A stretch of 20,000 nucleotides of DNA, from the IMG/VR virus record IMGVR_UViG_3300007770_000008; one strand, given 5' to 3'. Source of the DNA: an uncultured virus (IMG/VR IMGVR_UViG_3300007770_000008). Taxonomy: Duplodnaviria > Heunggongvirae > Uroviricota > Caudoviricetes. A model generated the notes under the pieces. The model searched no databases and was not told the origin of the DNA. It was given only the letters and a program-made list of their open reading frames with translations. A program made the position numbers and the translations under genes. Positions 5,635-13,405 of this stretch are shown here, in pieces (position 1 is the stretch's first letter; the number at the start of each line of letters is the position of its first letter).

Positions 5635-6543
5635 TTAATTCGGATTGAGCGTAGCAAAGGCTTCTTCAACCAGAGCCCTTGCCTTGTCCGACGGCTCGTC
5701 CGGCGTTTCGTCTTCTCCGAAGTCGTCCCCTTCCAACTCTCGGATTCGGGCAATAGCCTCGTCCGACGTCTTCTGGAAAACTACTACGGAAATCAGCAGC
5801 TCTTTGAGGGCTGCCAGACTAAAGCCCTCTGTTTGGCTTGCCCAGGTAGCCAGGGTTTCCGCAGGCACGTCAAAACTGCTTTGACCGGCGACGAACTCCA
5901 AGTACTCTTGCCGTTGGGGCTTACCAGGCTGGCCTATCTCCAGCAAGGTGTCGATCCGGGAAGGTCGGCAACGAATTCGCTTCGGAACTTCGTCAAGGTT
6001 ATTGGTTGTTGCCAGGAAAAGGATCCCGTGGCCCATGCTCGTAGAGCCGTCCATGAGTTCCAGTAGTTCTTCCTCTTCGCCGTACTCACAGATACGCTCG
6101 ATGTCTTCGATTACACCTAGTACCGGACGTCCCGGCTCGATTTGACGAAGCAGTGGCATGCAGCTCCGGAAATGGTCCACCCCGGATATGAACGTGACAA
6201 CTCCCTTACGCTCGATCGTGTCCCGGATTACCAGTTGGACAATTCCGGTTTTGCCGCAACCAGGAGGCCCGTGGAGGAGTACACCACGTTTGTGGGTCAC
6301 GCCCAGGTTTTTGTAGTGCTCGCCTGTGCTCCAAAACCGCCGGATCTCCTCAACGATTTCATGAGCAGGTCCGTTACGGAATTCACACAACCGCTCATCT
6401 TTCTGCTGCTTGCGGTTTGCCAGCGGGTTGCCCCAGTTGTCTGTTTTGAAGTGGTACAGCCCAGAAGGCAACTGGTCAACAGTCTCGTGCGTGCCGGTGT
6501 AGACATCACGAGACGTGTTGTGGCTCCATTGCTTAAAACTCAT
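5635..6543 (-). CDS. AAA+ ATPase
   Basis: Walker A GPPGCGKT, Walker B GVIEDIE, sensor LATTNN, RPSRID. GAGG SD. Confidence 0.88.
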   Translation of the reverse strand: MSFKQWSHNTSRDVYTGTHETVDQLPSGLYHFKTDNWGNPLANRKQQKDERLCEFRNGPAHEIVEEIRRFWSTGEHYKNLGVTHKRGVLLHGPPGCGKTGIVQLVIRDTIERKGVVTFISGVDHFRSCMPLLRQIEPGRPVLGVIEDIERICEYGEEEELLELMDGSTSMGHGILFLATTNNLDEVPKRIRCRPSRIDTLLEIGQPGKPQRQEYLEFVAGQSSFDVPAETLATWASQTEGFSLAALKELLISVVVFQKTSDEAIARIRELEGDDFGEDETPDEPSDKARALVEEAFATLNPN

Positions 6544-6586
6544 TGCATCCTCGTGTTAGTGTCTAGTGTCCGCAAGTAAGGCGGAG

Positions 6587-7474
6587 TTACCGCTTGCCGC
6601 CGCTAGTGCTTGCCGCAGCGGCTTGCACTTCGCTCAACGCCTGTCGACCGGAAGCGGATTCCAGGGCAGCCTGGGTGATAGCCTTCGCGTCGTCATGGGC
6701 TTGGGCCAGCTGTGCTTGCAACGCTTCGATCTGAGCGTCAGCAGCGTCACAGCGTGCGTTGGCATTGCTGAGCTGAGCCTTGGCCAGTTTGACTTCGGTG
6801 TCACATTGAGACTTGACTGACGCCAAGGCATGTTGATGGTCACGGTCAGCCGCCGCCTTCGCGTCGTCATGGGCCTCTTGAACCGCCTCGGCCAGCTTGT
6901 CGCCGAGCTGATCGTGCTCGGCACGAAGTGCTTCGAGTTCGTTTTCGCTCTCAGCGATCTCCGCGTTGCGGGCGTCCCAGTCGCGTTGGAGATCTTGCTG
7001 TCGCATCATTTCGCGACGCTTGTTCTCTTCGCACGTGGCCTCGTACTCGGTCTGGAAACGGGCAAGTTGCTGCGTATGGTCGTAGGCAGCTTCCGCGTCT
7101 CGGCGTCTGATCTCGGCCAGGTGGCGTTCGGCCTCGTCAGACCATTGTTGGTTACGCGTAGTTACCTCGCGTTGAAACTGTTCAGAAGCCTCTTCGTGCT
7201 GGGCCTGTACGTCGGCGTGGGCGAGACAGTCGTGCTCAATGTCGTACAGCTCCGTCAGGCGTGCCTCTTTGATCGCAATTGCGTCATTGAGAGTTTGCAC
7301 CTTCATCAACAGCGTCGAGCAAGCACCACCCATTCCGCTGCCCAAAGCAGCCATTTGGTTGGAGAACTCTTCGACGTCGCCCTGCAACGTCTCCGGCGTC
7401 ATCTGGCTGACGACGTTCAGGAGTTGTGTTGCTTCTTTGCCGGTCTTGGTGCGACGGGTTTTGCTAGCAGCCAT
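6587..7474 (-). CDS. Coiled-coil (Ala/Glu/Gln-rich) hypothetical protein
   Basis: 295-aa ORF with heptad-like composition. GAGGT upstream. Confidence 0.75.
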   Translation of the reverse strand: MAASKTRRTKTGKEATQLLNVVSQMTPETLQGDVEEFSNQMAALGSGMGGACSTLLMKVQTLNDAIAIKEARLTELYDIEHDCLAHADVQAQHEEASEQFQREVTTRNQQWSDEAERHLAEIRRRDAEAAYDHTQQLARFQTEYEATCEENKRREMMRQQDLQRDWDARNAEIAESENELEALRAEHDQLGDKLAEAVQEAHDDAKAAADRDHQHALASVKSQCDTEVKLAKAQLSNANARCDAADAQIEALQAQLAQAHDDAKAITQAALESASGRQALSEVQAAAASTSGGKR

Positions 7475-7528
7475 TTGTGTATAAAACCTCAGAGTGAAAT
7501 TGAAAAAACCTTCCGTCGGGCGTCAGCC

Positions 7529-7936
7529 TTAGTCGTCCATGCTAGTCATGGCGACGGTAAGGTCGATCACATTGATCGGCCCGTCACCTGCCAGTTTAAG
7601 GGCATGCTCGATGACCTTCTGGGCTTCCGTTGAAAAGTGCCTTTTGATCCAGGTTATGCTCGGCTTGCTTTCGCGGGCTTTGAGCAGGCTGGCTTTACGA
7701 GCGTTCTGCAAAACGCTTTGGATCTCGGTAACGTCACGCTCGCGGTACTTCGAAGGCAACATACCCATGAACTCACCTCGTAGTTCAGGGTTGTTGAACA
7801 AGGAGTCTGGCGAAGTGCCTCGTTTTCCAAGGTGTCGCGGGTAGAACTTCTCGTTGTAGACTCGAACCAGAGTCTTCTTGAGGGTCGCCTGCTTTTTGGC
7901 TTCGGCTTTCGTCATTGGCTTGGTAGTAGTGGTCAT
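7529..7936 (-). CDS. Hypothetical basic protein
   Basis: ORF track. Start moved to ATG 7936 (MTTTTKP) with GAGGT SD. Confidence 0.7.
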   Translation of the reverse strand: MTTTTKPMTKAEAKKQATLKKTLVRVYNEKFYPRHLGKRGTSPDSLFNNPELRGEFMGMLPSKYRERDVTEIQSVLQNARKASLLKARESKPSITWIKRHFSTEAQKVIEHALKLAGDGPINVIDLTVAMTSMDD

Positions 7937-8028
7937 TACACGACCTCGCAGAAACAAATGGGGAGGTACCGTCATGGTAGAACTTAGACGAACGCCAGTA
8001 ACCGGTCCCTTGGGTCGTCGTGTGTTTG

Positions 8029-8709
8029 TTACACTTTGGTAACGGTGTATCTTACTGCAGGCTTGAAAGTGCCCTTGTGGTCGACGATGTTTTGCATGAT
8101 CGCCTGCAGTCGGTCGCGGGAGTTTCGATGGTCTTCTCCGAACTGGATAGCGGCGGCGTACAGCTCCGGTGCCGATGCCTGGTCGTCGTCATATGCCGGG
8201 TCGGCGAAGCAGTATCGTTTCTCGAACGCCGTTTCGATCAGGTTTAGTTGACGATCCGAGAACGTTCCGTGGAACGCTTCGACGATGTTTTCACGGTCGG
8301 CGTTTACACCAGATATTGTCACATAGTCAAAGCTGGATATGCCCATAGTGACTTCCGCTGGCAATCGCGGGTCGTCAGCAGAGATCGTCTGCTCTTCCGC
8401 TAGCTGCGACCATCGAATCCGGTTAAACCGTTCGATGCGGGCCAGAAACATGGCTCCCAAGGCACATACGTTACAGGTCTCGCGAAGCCCTTTAGTGGCC
8501 TTCTGGTCAACCACTGGGTCGCTGTGTTGCAATTCGTCGTGGCTAGGTAGCCACGGATATACCAGCTCTGCAGGATCCCGATGGCTTGCAACGTAAGCGT
8601 TGCCGTCCATCACGTTGAAACCGCCAGCCTTTAACCGGCTCAGCACGTCTTTAGCGATACGTATCCTACGTTCACTGGCCTTCAACTTGCTCCAGGTAAG
8701 CTTTTTCAT
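8029..8709 (-). CDS. Hypothetical phage protein (CNVCALG motif)
   Basis: ORF track. Start ATG 8709 with AGGAG SD. Confidence 0.75.
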   Translation of the reverse strand: MKKLTWSKLKASERRIRIAKDVLSRLKAGGFNVMDGNAYVASHRDPAELVYPWLPSHDELQHSDPVVDQKATKGLRETCNVCALGAMFLARIERFNRIRWSQLAEEQTISADDPRLPAEVTMGISSFDYVTISGVNADRENIVEAFHGTFSDRQLNLIETAFEKRYCFADPAYDDDQASAPELYAAAIQFGEDHRNSRDRLQAIMQNIVDHKGTFKPAVRYTVTKV

Positions 8710-8725
8710 ACTTACACTCCTATAC

Positions 8726-8749
8726 AAAAATGCCCCGGAGATCGGGGCA
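8726..8749 (-). terminator. Rho-independent terminator after the suppressor tRNA cluster
   Basis: TGCCCCG-ATCTC-CGGGGCA-TTTTT on the minus strand. Confidence 0.7.
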
Positions 8750-8771
8750 AGTCAATAAGCGATAATTGAAA

Positions 8772-8846
8772 CGGCAGCGACGGGACTCGAACCCGTAACG
8801 ACAGAAATTTAGAATTTCCCGCTCTAGCCAATTGAGCTACGCCGCC
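8772..8846 (-). tRNA. Amber suppressor tRNA (anticodon CUA)
   Basis: Full cloverleaf: GGCGGCG/CGCUGCC-G, D arm GCUC-AAUUGGCUA-GAGC, anticodon arm GGAAA-UUCUAAA-UUUCU (CUA at 8812-8810), T arm ACGGG-UUCGAGU-CCCGU. CCA not encoded. Confidence 0.88.
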
Positions 8847-8851
8847 AAACC

Positions 8852-8939
8852 AAGGGGAGCCCGCTACGGATGTAGGACTCGAACCTACGTGGTTTCCTTG
8901 CAGGCCGTCTCGTTCCCTGCAGAACGAGGGGCTCCCCTT
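8852..8939 (-). ncRNA. Unknown structured RNA with a tRNA T arm and a potential pseudoknot
   Basis: 11-bp closing stem AAGGGGAGCCC/GGGCUCCCCUU, hairpin CUCGUUC-UGCAGG-GAACGAG, downstream CCUGCA, T arm GUAGG-UUCGAGU-CCUAC. Confidence 0.6.
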
Positions 8940-8941
8940 AG

Positions 8942-9015
8942 CGGCGGTTGTAGGAGTCGAACCTACCCGTGCCCGACACATAGGCCGGACCGCTCAACCG
9001 TCGAGCATAACCGCC
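8942..9015 (-). ncRNA. Atypical tRNA-like RNA (7-bp anticodon stem, 6-nt loop CUAUGU)
   Basis: GGCGGUU/AACCGCC acceptor, GCUC-GACGGUU-GAGC D arm, GUAGG-UUCGACU-CCUAC T arm. Confidence 0.7.
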
Positions 9016-9021
9016 GCGAAA

Positions 9022-9315
9022 CTAAACATCGGTGCCACTCTCACCTACTGATAGGTTCTTTAGAAATTTCGTCACCATCTCGCGATGCTTATCTGCGAAA
9101 TGCTCTACGGCGTCTTTGACTTTTTCTTGTCGGATCTCTTCTGCATGAAACCTCTCACACTGTTCTCTTGTAAAGAAACAGTGCTGAAGAGGGTTCCATT
9201 GGTCGTCTTCAAAAATGACCCTGTCACCCGTTACTTCGACGACTACGTCCGACTCGATCTGCTTGGTGCAGCTGCACATCCAGTAGGCTCTGAATGTGCC
9301 TTTTTTCTTTGCCAT
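9022..9315 (-). CDS. Hypothetical protein
   Basis: ORF track. Start ATG 9315 (MAKKKG) with GAGGT SD. Confidence 0.7.
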   Translation of the reverse strand: MAKKKGTFRAYWMCSCTKQIESDVVVEVTGDRVIFEDDQWNPLQHCFFTREQCERFHAEEIRQEKVKDAVEHFADKHREMVTKFLKNLSVGESGTDV

Positions 9316-9322
9316 GGGTACC

Positions 9323-9433
9323 TCAAAACGTGATTGTAACGTGGTGGGCACACCAGGCCATGAAGCCGAACAATATAAGGCCGACTATCAGACCGGCCCA
9401 AAAACATATGCCGTTTCCGTTGTCGTCACCCAT
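9323..9433 (-). CDS. 36-aa single-pass membrane protein
   Basis: Manual translation MGDDNGNGICFWAGLIVGLILFGFMAWCAHHVTITF with GGAG SD. Fills the intergenic gap. Confidence 0.6.
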   Translation of the reverse strand: MGDDNGNGICFWAGLIVGLILFGFMAWCAHHVTITF

Positions 9434-9456
9434 CGTTGTCTCCGTTTTCGGGCTAC

Positions 9457-9906
9457 TTAGGGAATTCTACCACCCGGCACGGTGATGACCATGTTAACAC
9501 CAGCGTACGGGAGGTCCGGCGGGTTGTCGTGCTTTTTGAAGACAAGGAGCAACTTGACTATAGCACTCGTGTGTAGCTCCCTGATCGTGAAGGTGTGTCC
9601 CTCCGGAAAGATAACAGCCCACCGCTCAGCGGTGCCATAGCGACGAACACTCCTGGTTTGTGCTGGTTTGTGCTTAACGACCTTGAAGCCGTGACATCGT
9701 AGCCAGTTGCGGGCCTTGACACTGTTTTCGATGTCTTCCGACCCGGTGAAGATGATCTCGACATTCTTGTCAACGACTTTCCAGTCGCGTGTCAGCGTGA
9801 TCTTGTCACCCAACATCGCAAACTGCTTTGTTGGCGGATCGTCACGTTGGTAAGCCAGTGGCAGACAGGTGGCGGCCACTACTGCGAGAGCGAAGATTTG
9901 CTTCAT
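9457..9906 (-). CDS. Hypothetical protein with an N-terminal signal-like segment
   Basis: MKQIFALAVVAATCLPLA. AAGGA SD. Confidence 0.65.
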   Translation of the reverse strand: MKQIFALAVVAATCLPLAYQRDDPPTKQFAMLGDKITLTRDWKVVDKNVEIIFTGSEDIENSVKARNWLRCHGFKVVKHKPAQTRSVRRYGTAERWAVIFPEGHTFTIRELHTSAIVKLLLVFKKHDNPPDLPYAGVNMVITVPGGRIP

Positions 9907-9938
9907 AACAATGGTCCTTGTAGGTAGGTGACTATTAG

Positions 9939-10035
9939 CGGGCGAGGGAGGATTCGAACCTCCAACCCGTTACCCAGGCGTTGCCGAATACAGAGCCTGT
10001 AATGGTACCGCTCTAACCAATTGAGGTACTCGCCC
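9939..10035 (-). ncRNA. tRNA-like RNA with an elongated anticodon arm (97 nt)
   Basis: GGGCGAG/CUCGCCC acceptor, D loop AAUUGGUUA, T arm GGAGG-UUCGAAU-CCUCC. The anticodon arm is replaced by GUACC-AUUA-CAGGC-(15 nt)-GCCUG-GGUAAC. Confidence 0.7.
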
Positions 10036-10037
10036 GT

Positions 10038-10115
10038 TACGCAGACCGACACACCCGAAGGCTCACGGTTAGACTTACGGAGCAATATTACTTGCCACAC
10101 CCGCTGGTCTGCGTA
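10038..10115 (-). ncRNA. Unknown structured RNA between tRNA-like genes
   Basis: 10-bp terminal stem UACGCAGACC/GGUCUGCGUA enclosing small hairpins, including CC-UUCG-GG. Strand inferred from context. Confidence 0.5.
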
Positions 10116-10116
10116 G

Positions 10117-10197
10117 TGGAGAGTGAAGGATTCGAACCTTCGACTGACGGCCTTCGTCTTATTGACGGGGCCCGCTCTACCGCTGAGCTAACTCTCC
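10117..10197 (-). ncRNA. tRNA-like RNA with a non-canonical anticodon arm (loop AAUAA)
   Basis: GGAGAGU/ACUCUCC-A, GCUC-AGCGGUA-GAGC, GAAGG-UUCGAAU-CCUUC. Arm GGCC-C-CGUC-AAUAA-GACG-AA-GGCC. Confidence 0.75.
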
Positions 10198-10201
10198 GAA
10201 G

Positions 10202-10287
10202 CGGGGAGTGAAGGATTCGAACCTTCGACCTTTCGTTGCACGAGGAGGCCTCTCGCAACGAACGCTCTACCACTGAGCTAACTCCCC
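10202..10287 (-). ncRNA. tRNA-like RNA with an 11-bp anticodon-less arm
   Basis: GGGGAGU/ACUCCCC-G, GCUC-AGUGGUA-GAGC, variable AGGUC, GAAGG-UUCGAAU-CCUUC. Arm UUCGUUG-CGAG-AGGCCUC-CUCG-UG-CAACGAA. Confidence 0.75.
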
Positions 10288-10321
10288 GTTTGCCCCGTAA
10301 CGGCGGGGCCACCCGTCTGCC

Positions 10322-11062
10322 TTACTTCTTCTCGTCCGACCCCTTGTACTTATCAACCCCGGCGTCTGCCTGAGCTGCTCGATCCTCGTCATCGAACATC
10401 TCTAGACTGGCGGAGGTTACCTGGGCCGTGTAAGCCTCTTGACTCATACCCCGTGTTCTGGTCAGGCCTTTGCTCAAACCCTTGAACAGATCTGTGGTGC
10501 CTTGGCTGTTGTTAGCAGCGGTCAGAACGGCTTTGGCGTTACTAAAGCCCATAGCTTGTGCAACGTCCTCGGCGTCCTGGTTCATGCCGACGTAGGTAAA
10601 GGCCCAGGAGTATTTGCTTTCCTGTTCCTTGACCATCTCTTGCAGCCGTCGTTGAATGGATTGGGCGTTGCTGCCGTAAGGCGTGCCCCACTCAACATGT
10701 GCCGACGCGTTCTCGAGACCGTCGGTCAGCGTAACAAACACCACCTTATCTGGTCGATCGGCTTCTGGCATCTTGACCAGCCGGTCACCGGTATCTGTAA
10801 TCGCTCGGCACTGTGACGCCCATAGCGGGGTCATGCTTCGCGGATGCAGCATAAGTGACGGCACCTCTGCGATCGGTACGGCTCGGTAGACCACGTCAAA
10901 GCCGTTGCTGTCGAACTGGATGAGCGTTACAAAGCACTCGCCCGGTTCTTCGGCCTGCTCTTTAATCATGGCGTCAAAGCCACCGACTACGTCGGATTTG
11001 ATTGAGGACATCGACCCCGAGCGATCCAATAGGAAGGTCAGGTCGGTTCGGTTCTTCTTCAT
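10322..11062 (-). CDS. von Willebrand factor A (vWA) domain protein
   Basis: MIDAS FLLDRSGS, VTLIQFD, MTPLW, VTLTDGLENAS. Confidence 0.88.
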   Translation of the reverse strand: MKKNRTDLTFLLDRSGSMSSIKSDVVGGFDAMIKEQAEEPGECFVTLIQFDSNGFDVVYRAVPIAEVPSLMLHPRSMTPLWASQCRAITDTGDRLVKMPEADRPDKVVFVTLTDGLENASAHVEWGTPYGSNAQSIQRRLQEMVKEQESKYSWAFTYVGMNQDAEDVAQAMGFSNAKAVLTAANNSQGTTDLFKGLSKGLTRTRGMSQEAYTAQVTSASLEMFDDEDRAAQADAGVDKYKGSDEKK

Positions 11063-11243
11063 CTTCGATTTCTACTCGTGGTTCGTGTACTGGGCAGCCT
11101 AGCGAGAAGACATAGAGAGGACCTCCATCCTCGTCTTCACAACCACCCATCCAACCACGTCCGTGTGCATTGTCCAATACCGGGCAGGTGCAGCCGAGTT
11201 TCCCGGCCTCAACACTGCCCGGTGGTGGGACTTTCGTTGCCAT
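10974..11243 (-). CDS. Small phage protein (PGS.EA...GCTCPVLDN motif)
   Basis: ORF track, AGGAG SD. The C-terminal tail overlaps the vWA gene by 89 nt. Confidence 0.65.
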   Translation of the reverse strand: MATKVPPPGSVEAGKLGCTCPVLDNAHGRGWMGGCEDEDGGPLYVFSLGCPVHEPRVEIEDEEEPNRPDLPIGSLGVDVLNQIRRSRWL

Positions 11244-11261
11244 AGGATCTCCTACGGCCCC

Positions 11262-12092
11262 TTACAGTTGACGTTCCCACATGCCAAGTGTCATATGGAA
11301 ACTAGCGATCGTCTCCTGCTCTTGCTGCGTTAGCCCTTCAACAGGCGTCTCGGAAGGCATACGGCAGGACTGGTACAGCTTTCGCATGCCCAGATCGTTG
11401 ATCGTACAGTTCTGCAGGGGCAGAATCGTACAGAATGACGGCTCACCTGCTGTGCGAGTCGACTCGACACCGCAACGTTGGCCTGAATCGTTCCGTCGAT
11501 AAGTCCGGTGAACCCGATTGTGTGGGGCCTTTCGTGCCCATCGCTGCCACGCAGCCCATTTCCGCTCAGCTATGCCGATGACGCGGTTGATGTCTCTCAA
11601 CCGCGTGAAATCTGTGTAGCTGCACTTGAACCACAAGGGCTTATCGCTCCATGTGGGCTGGTGCTGTCGAGCGGTCGACTGTGGGGCGGTCTGTGATGGG
11701 ACCACCTCCTCTGTCGTCGCCTGGTCAGTAATCGTCTGATCGGCTGTGGACATATCTTTCTCCTTGAGGAGCTGAAAATTACGAAAGTGTCGACGTACCT
11801 CTCCTTGCACGGCTTCGGTGGCAAGGGCGGTAACTTGACCATCCAGGTCAGGTTCGACAAAAGAACGGTGCTTGATGCCAGCTTCTTCAAGCCGGTCACG
11901 AGCACTCAACAGACGGGATTCGTCACGGACGCCGCAGACTACGAGGAATGGCGGCTCGTTGCTTGGTGGAATTAGCGAATCCCTGGCGGCTTCAATAGCC
12001 GCATGGCAGGCCTGAACGACCTGCTGGGGTGCAGTGAGGTCCTTACGAACAAGGACGTAGACGTAATGGTTTGAGTCCTAGGTGAACTTCAT
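11262..12092 (-). CDS. PTH2-like peptidyl-tRNA hydrolase with an in-frame TAG at codon 5, fused in frame to a 163-aa hypothetical domain (internal ATG 11753)
   Basis: GGAG SD, then ATG AAG TTC ACC TAG GAC TCA..., reading YVYVLVRKDLTAPQQVVQACHAAIE...LVVCGV...FVEPDLDGQVTALAT...FRNFQLL, the PTH2-family pattern. An internal AAGGAG-ATG precedes MSTADQ. Confidence 0.8.
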
Positions 12093-12123
12093 CTTGGTTT
12101 TCTCCGTGTGTTCAGTTACTTAA

Positions 12124-12152
12124 TTGATAGCGAGTGCCCCGGGCAGTGTCAA
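12124..12152 (-). promoter_or_regulatory. Putative sigma70 promoter upstream of the PTH2-like gene
   Basis: TTGACA (12152-12147), 17-nt spacer, TATCAA (12129-12124). Confidence 0.6.
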
Positions 12153-12157
12153 GCCCT

Positions 12158-12991
12158 TTAGACTACGCGGTGCGGGTAGTAAGGCACACCACCGCTGGTG
12201 CGGATACCGTCACGGCCTAGTTGATAGCGTTTTTCGTAACGAAGTGAGGCGGTGCTGTGGCCGTTTGGTGCTTTCGCGACGTAGTGTTGTCCGCTCATGC
12301 CCAATTGTCCTGCTGTGTTCAAGGTCAACGCACCCAGCATACCCCAGCAAAGTGCCAGTTCGCCGCACTGAAAGCGGACGTGGTATTCGAGCAAATCGAG
12401 AACACCGTCGTGGACGTCGGGGTCAATTTCAACTTTGTGGCCGTCTTTGAAAGCCCGGGCCTGTGCAAACTGGACAGGCGAGGTAGGGCTGTTGAGCCCT
12501 TCGGTCCCTAGAGAAACGAACTGGGCTTCGAAGTAGTTCGCTCCGGCGTGGGCGAGCGAGCCCAGCACCTCCTGGTCCCACTTGGCACCAGCCTGCGGTG
12601 TTCGCAGGTCGTCCCAGACTTTGTTTGTGTCAGCGGCCTTCGACACGTTAGTTACCGCCGGGCTTTTGCTCGAGAACCGAGCGGTCCTGCCTCCGCCGAT
12701 GAATTTTGGGTCGGCGAACTTATAGGGTTTTCCCTGTTGTTCGTTTACAAAGTCAATCCCTACTCGCTTGAGTTTCGTGCGATTCGAAACCACAACATCA
12801 AGCATCCAGTCTGGTACGGGTACGGTATCTCCGGGCTTCAACTCGAGGCTATCCGTCGCTGCTTCCAGTGCAATCAGCTCGTTGGCTTTAATGTCCCGCT
12901 CAGCTAGGCTGTGGGGCTTGTTGTCTAGTTCATACCTGAGTTGCTCGATCCGCTCTTTTCTGCTCTCGTTGCTCTCTGATGTGTTTGACAT
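12158..12991 (-). CDS. Hypothetical protein
   Basis: ORF track. Start moved to ATG 12991 with AAGGA SD. Confidence 0.7.
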   Translation of the reverse strand: MSNTSESNESRKERIEQLRYELDNKPHSLAERDIKANELIALEAATDSLELKPGDTVPVPDWMLDVVVSNRTKLKRVGIDFVNEQQGKPYKFADPKFIGGGRTARFSSKSPAVTNVSKAADTNKVWDDLRTPQAGAKWDQEVLGSLAHAGANYFEAQFVSLGTEGLNSPTSPVQFAQARAFKDGHKVEIDPDVHDGVLDLLEYHVRFQCGELALCWGMLGALTLNTAGQLGMSGQHYVAKAPNGHSTASLRYEKRYQLGRDGIRTSGGVPYYPHRVV

Positions 12992-13217
12992 GATCGTGTC
13001 CTTTTTGCGTGAGTTCGTATTGCTCACGGGTACGGTCACCGTCCCCGTACGGAATGTTGATGATATGCACTAGTTCGCGTTTAACCAGGCTTTGCATTAT
13101 TCGGCGGGTGACGCCGGGGCCGTCCCAAGACCAACCGCAACCTACTGCTGACCAAAAGCCAAATTCGGCCAAGGATTGCAGGCATGTTTCTTGGCGTTCT
13201 CCTAGGGGTCTTGTCAT
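12930..13217 (-). CDS. Small putative winged-helix DNA-binding protein
   Basis: TRRIMQSLVKRELV...YELTQKG pattern. ATG 13217 with GAGGAG SD. Confidence 0.55.
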   Translation of the reverse strand: MTRPLGERQETCLQSLAEFGFWSAVGCGWSWDGPGVTRRIMQSLVKRELVHIINIPYGDGDRTREQYELTQKGHDHVKHIREQREQKRADRATQV

Positions 13218-13405
13218 TCTAATCTCCTCAGGTCTCGTCTCGCCCTTCGTGCTGGTGTCGTAGTCGGCACGCATCGTTGAGCCTAGTTTCAGACTCGAGT
13301 ATGAAATTTTCGTTGGCTATTCGCTCAGCTACGAACAAAGACTGCAAATGATCTTTTAACAACCACATAAGAAAACGGGCTGCTGTATTACGTACCCACC
13401 CCATG

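Noticed and set aside
8852..8939. Theta/HDV-like ribozyme associated with the suppressor tRNA
   Set aside because: It lies 5' of the suppressor tRNA, and its enclosing 11-bp stem and T arm do not fit the HDV nested double-pseudoknot layout by eye.
10292..10309. GCCCCG/CGGGGC hairpin as a terminator after the vWA gene
   Set aside because: No U-tract follows it on either strand. It is more likely a processing or stability hairpin.
10322..11062. vWA protein as the Ro60/TROVE partner of the Y-like RNAs
   Set aside because: It is a 246-aa stand-alone vWA domain with no HEAT-repeat TROVE region.
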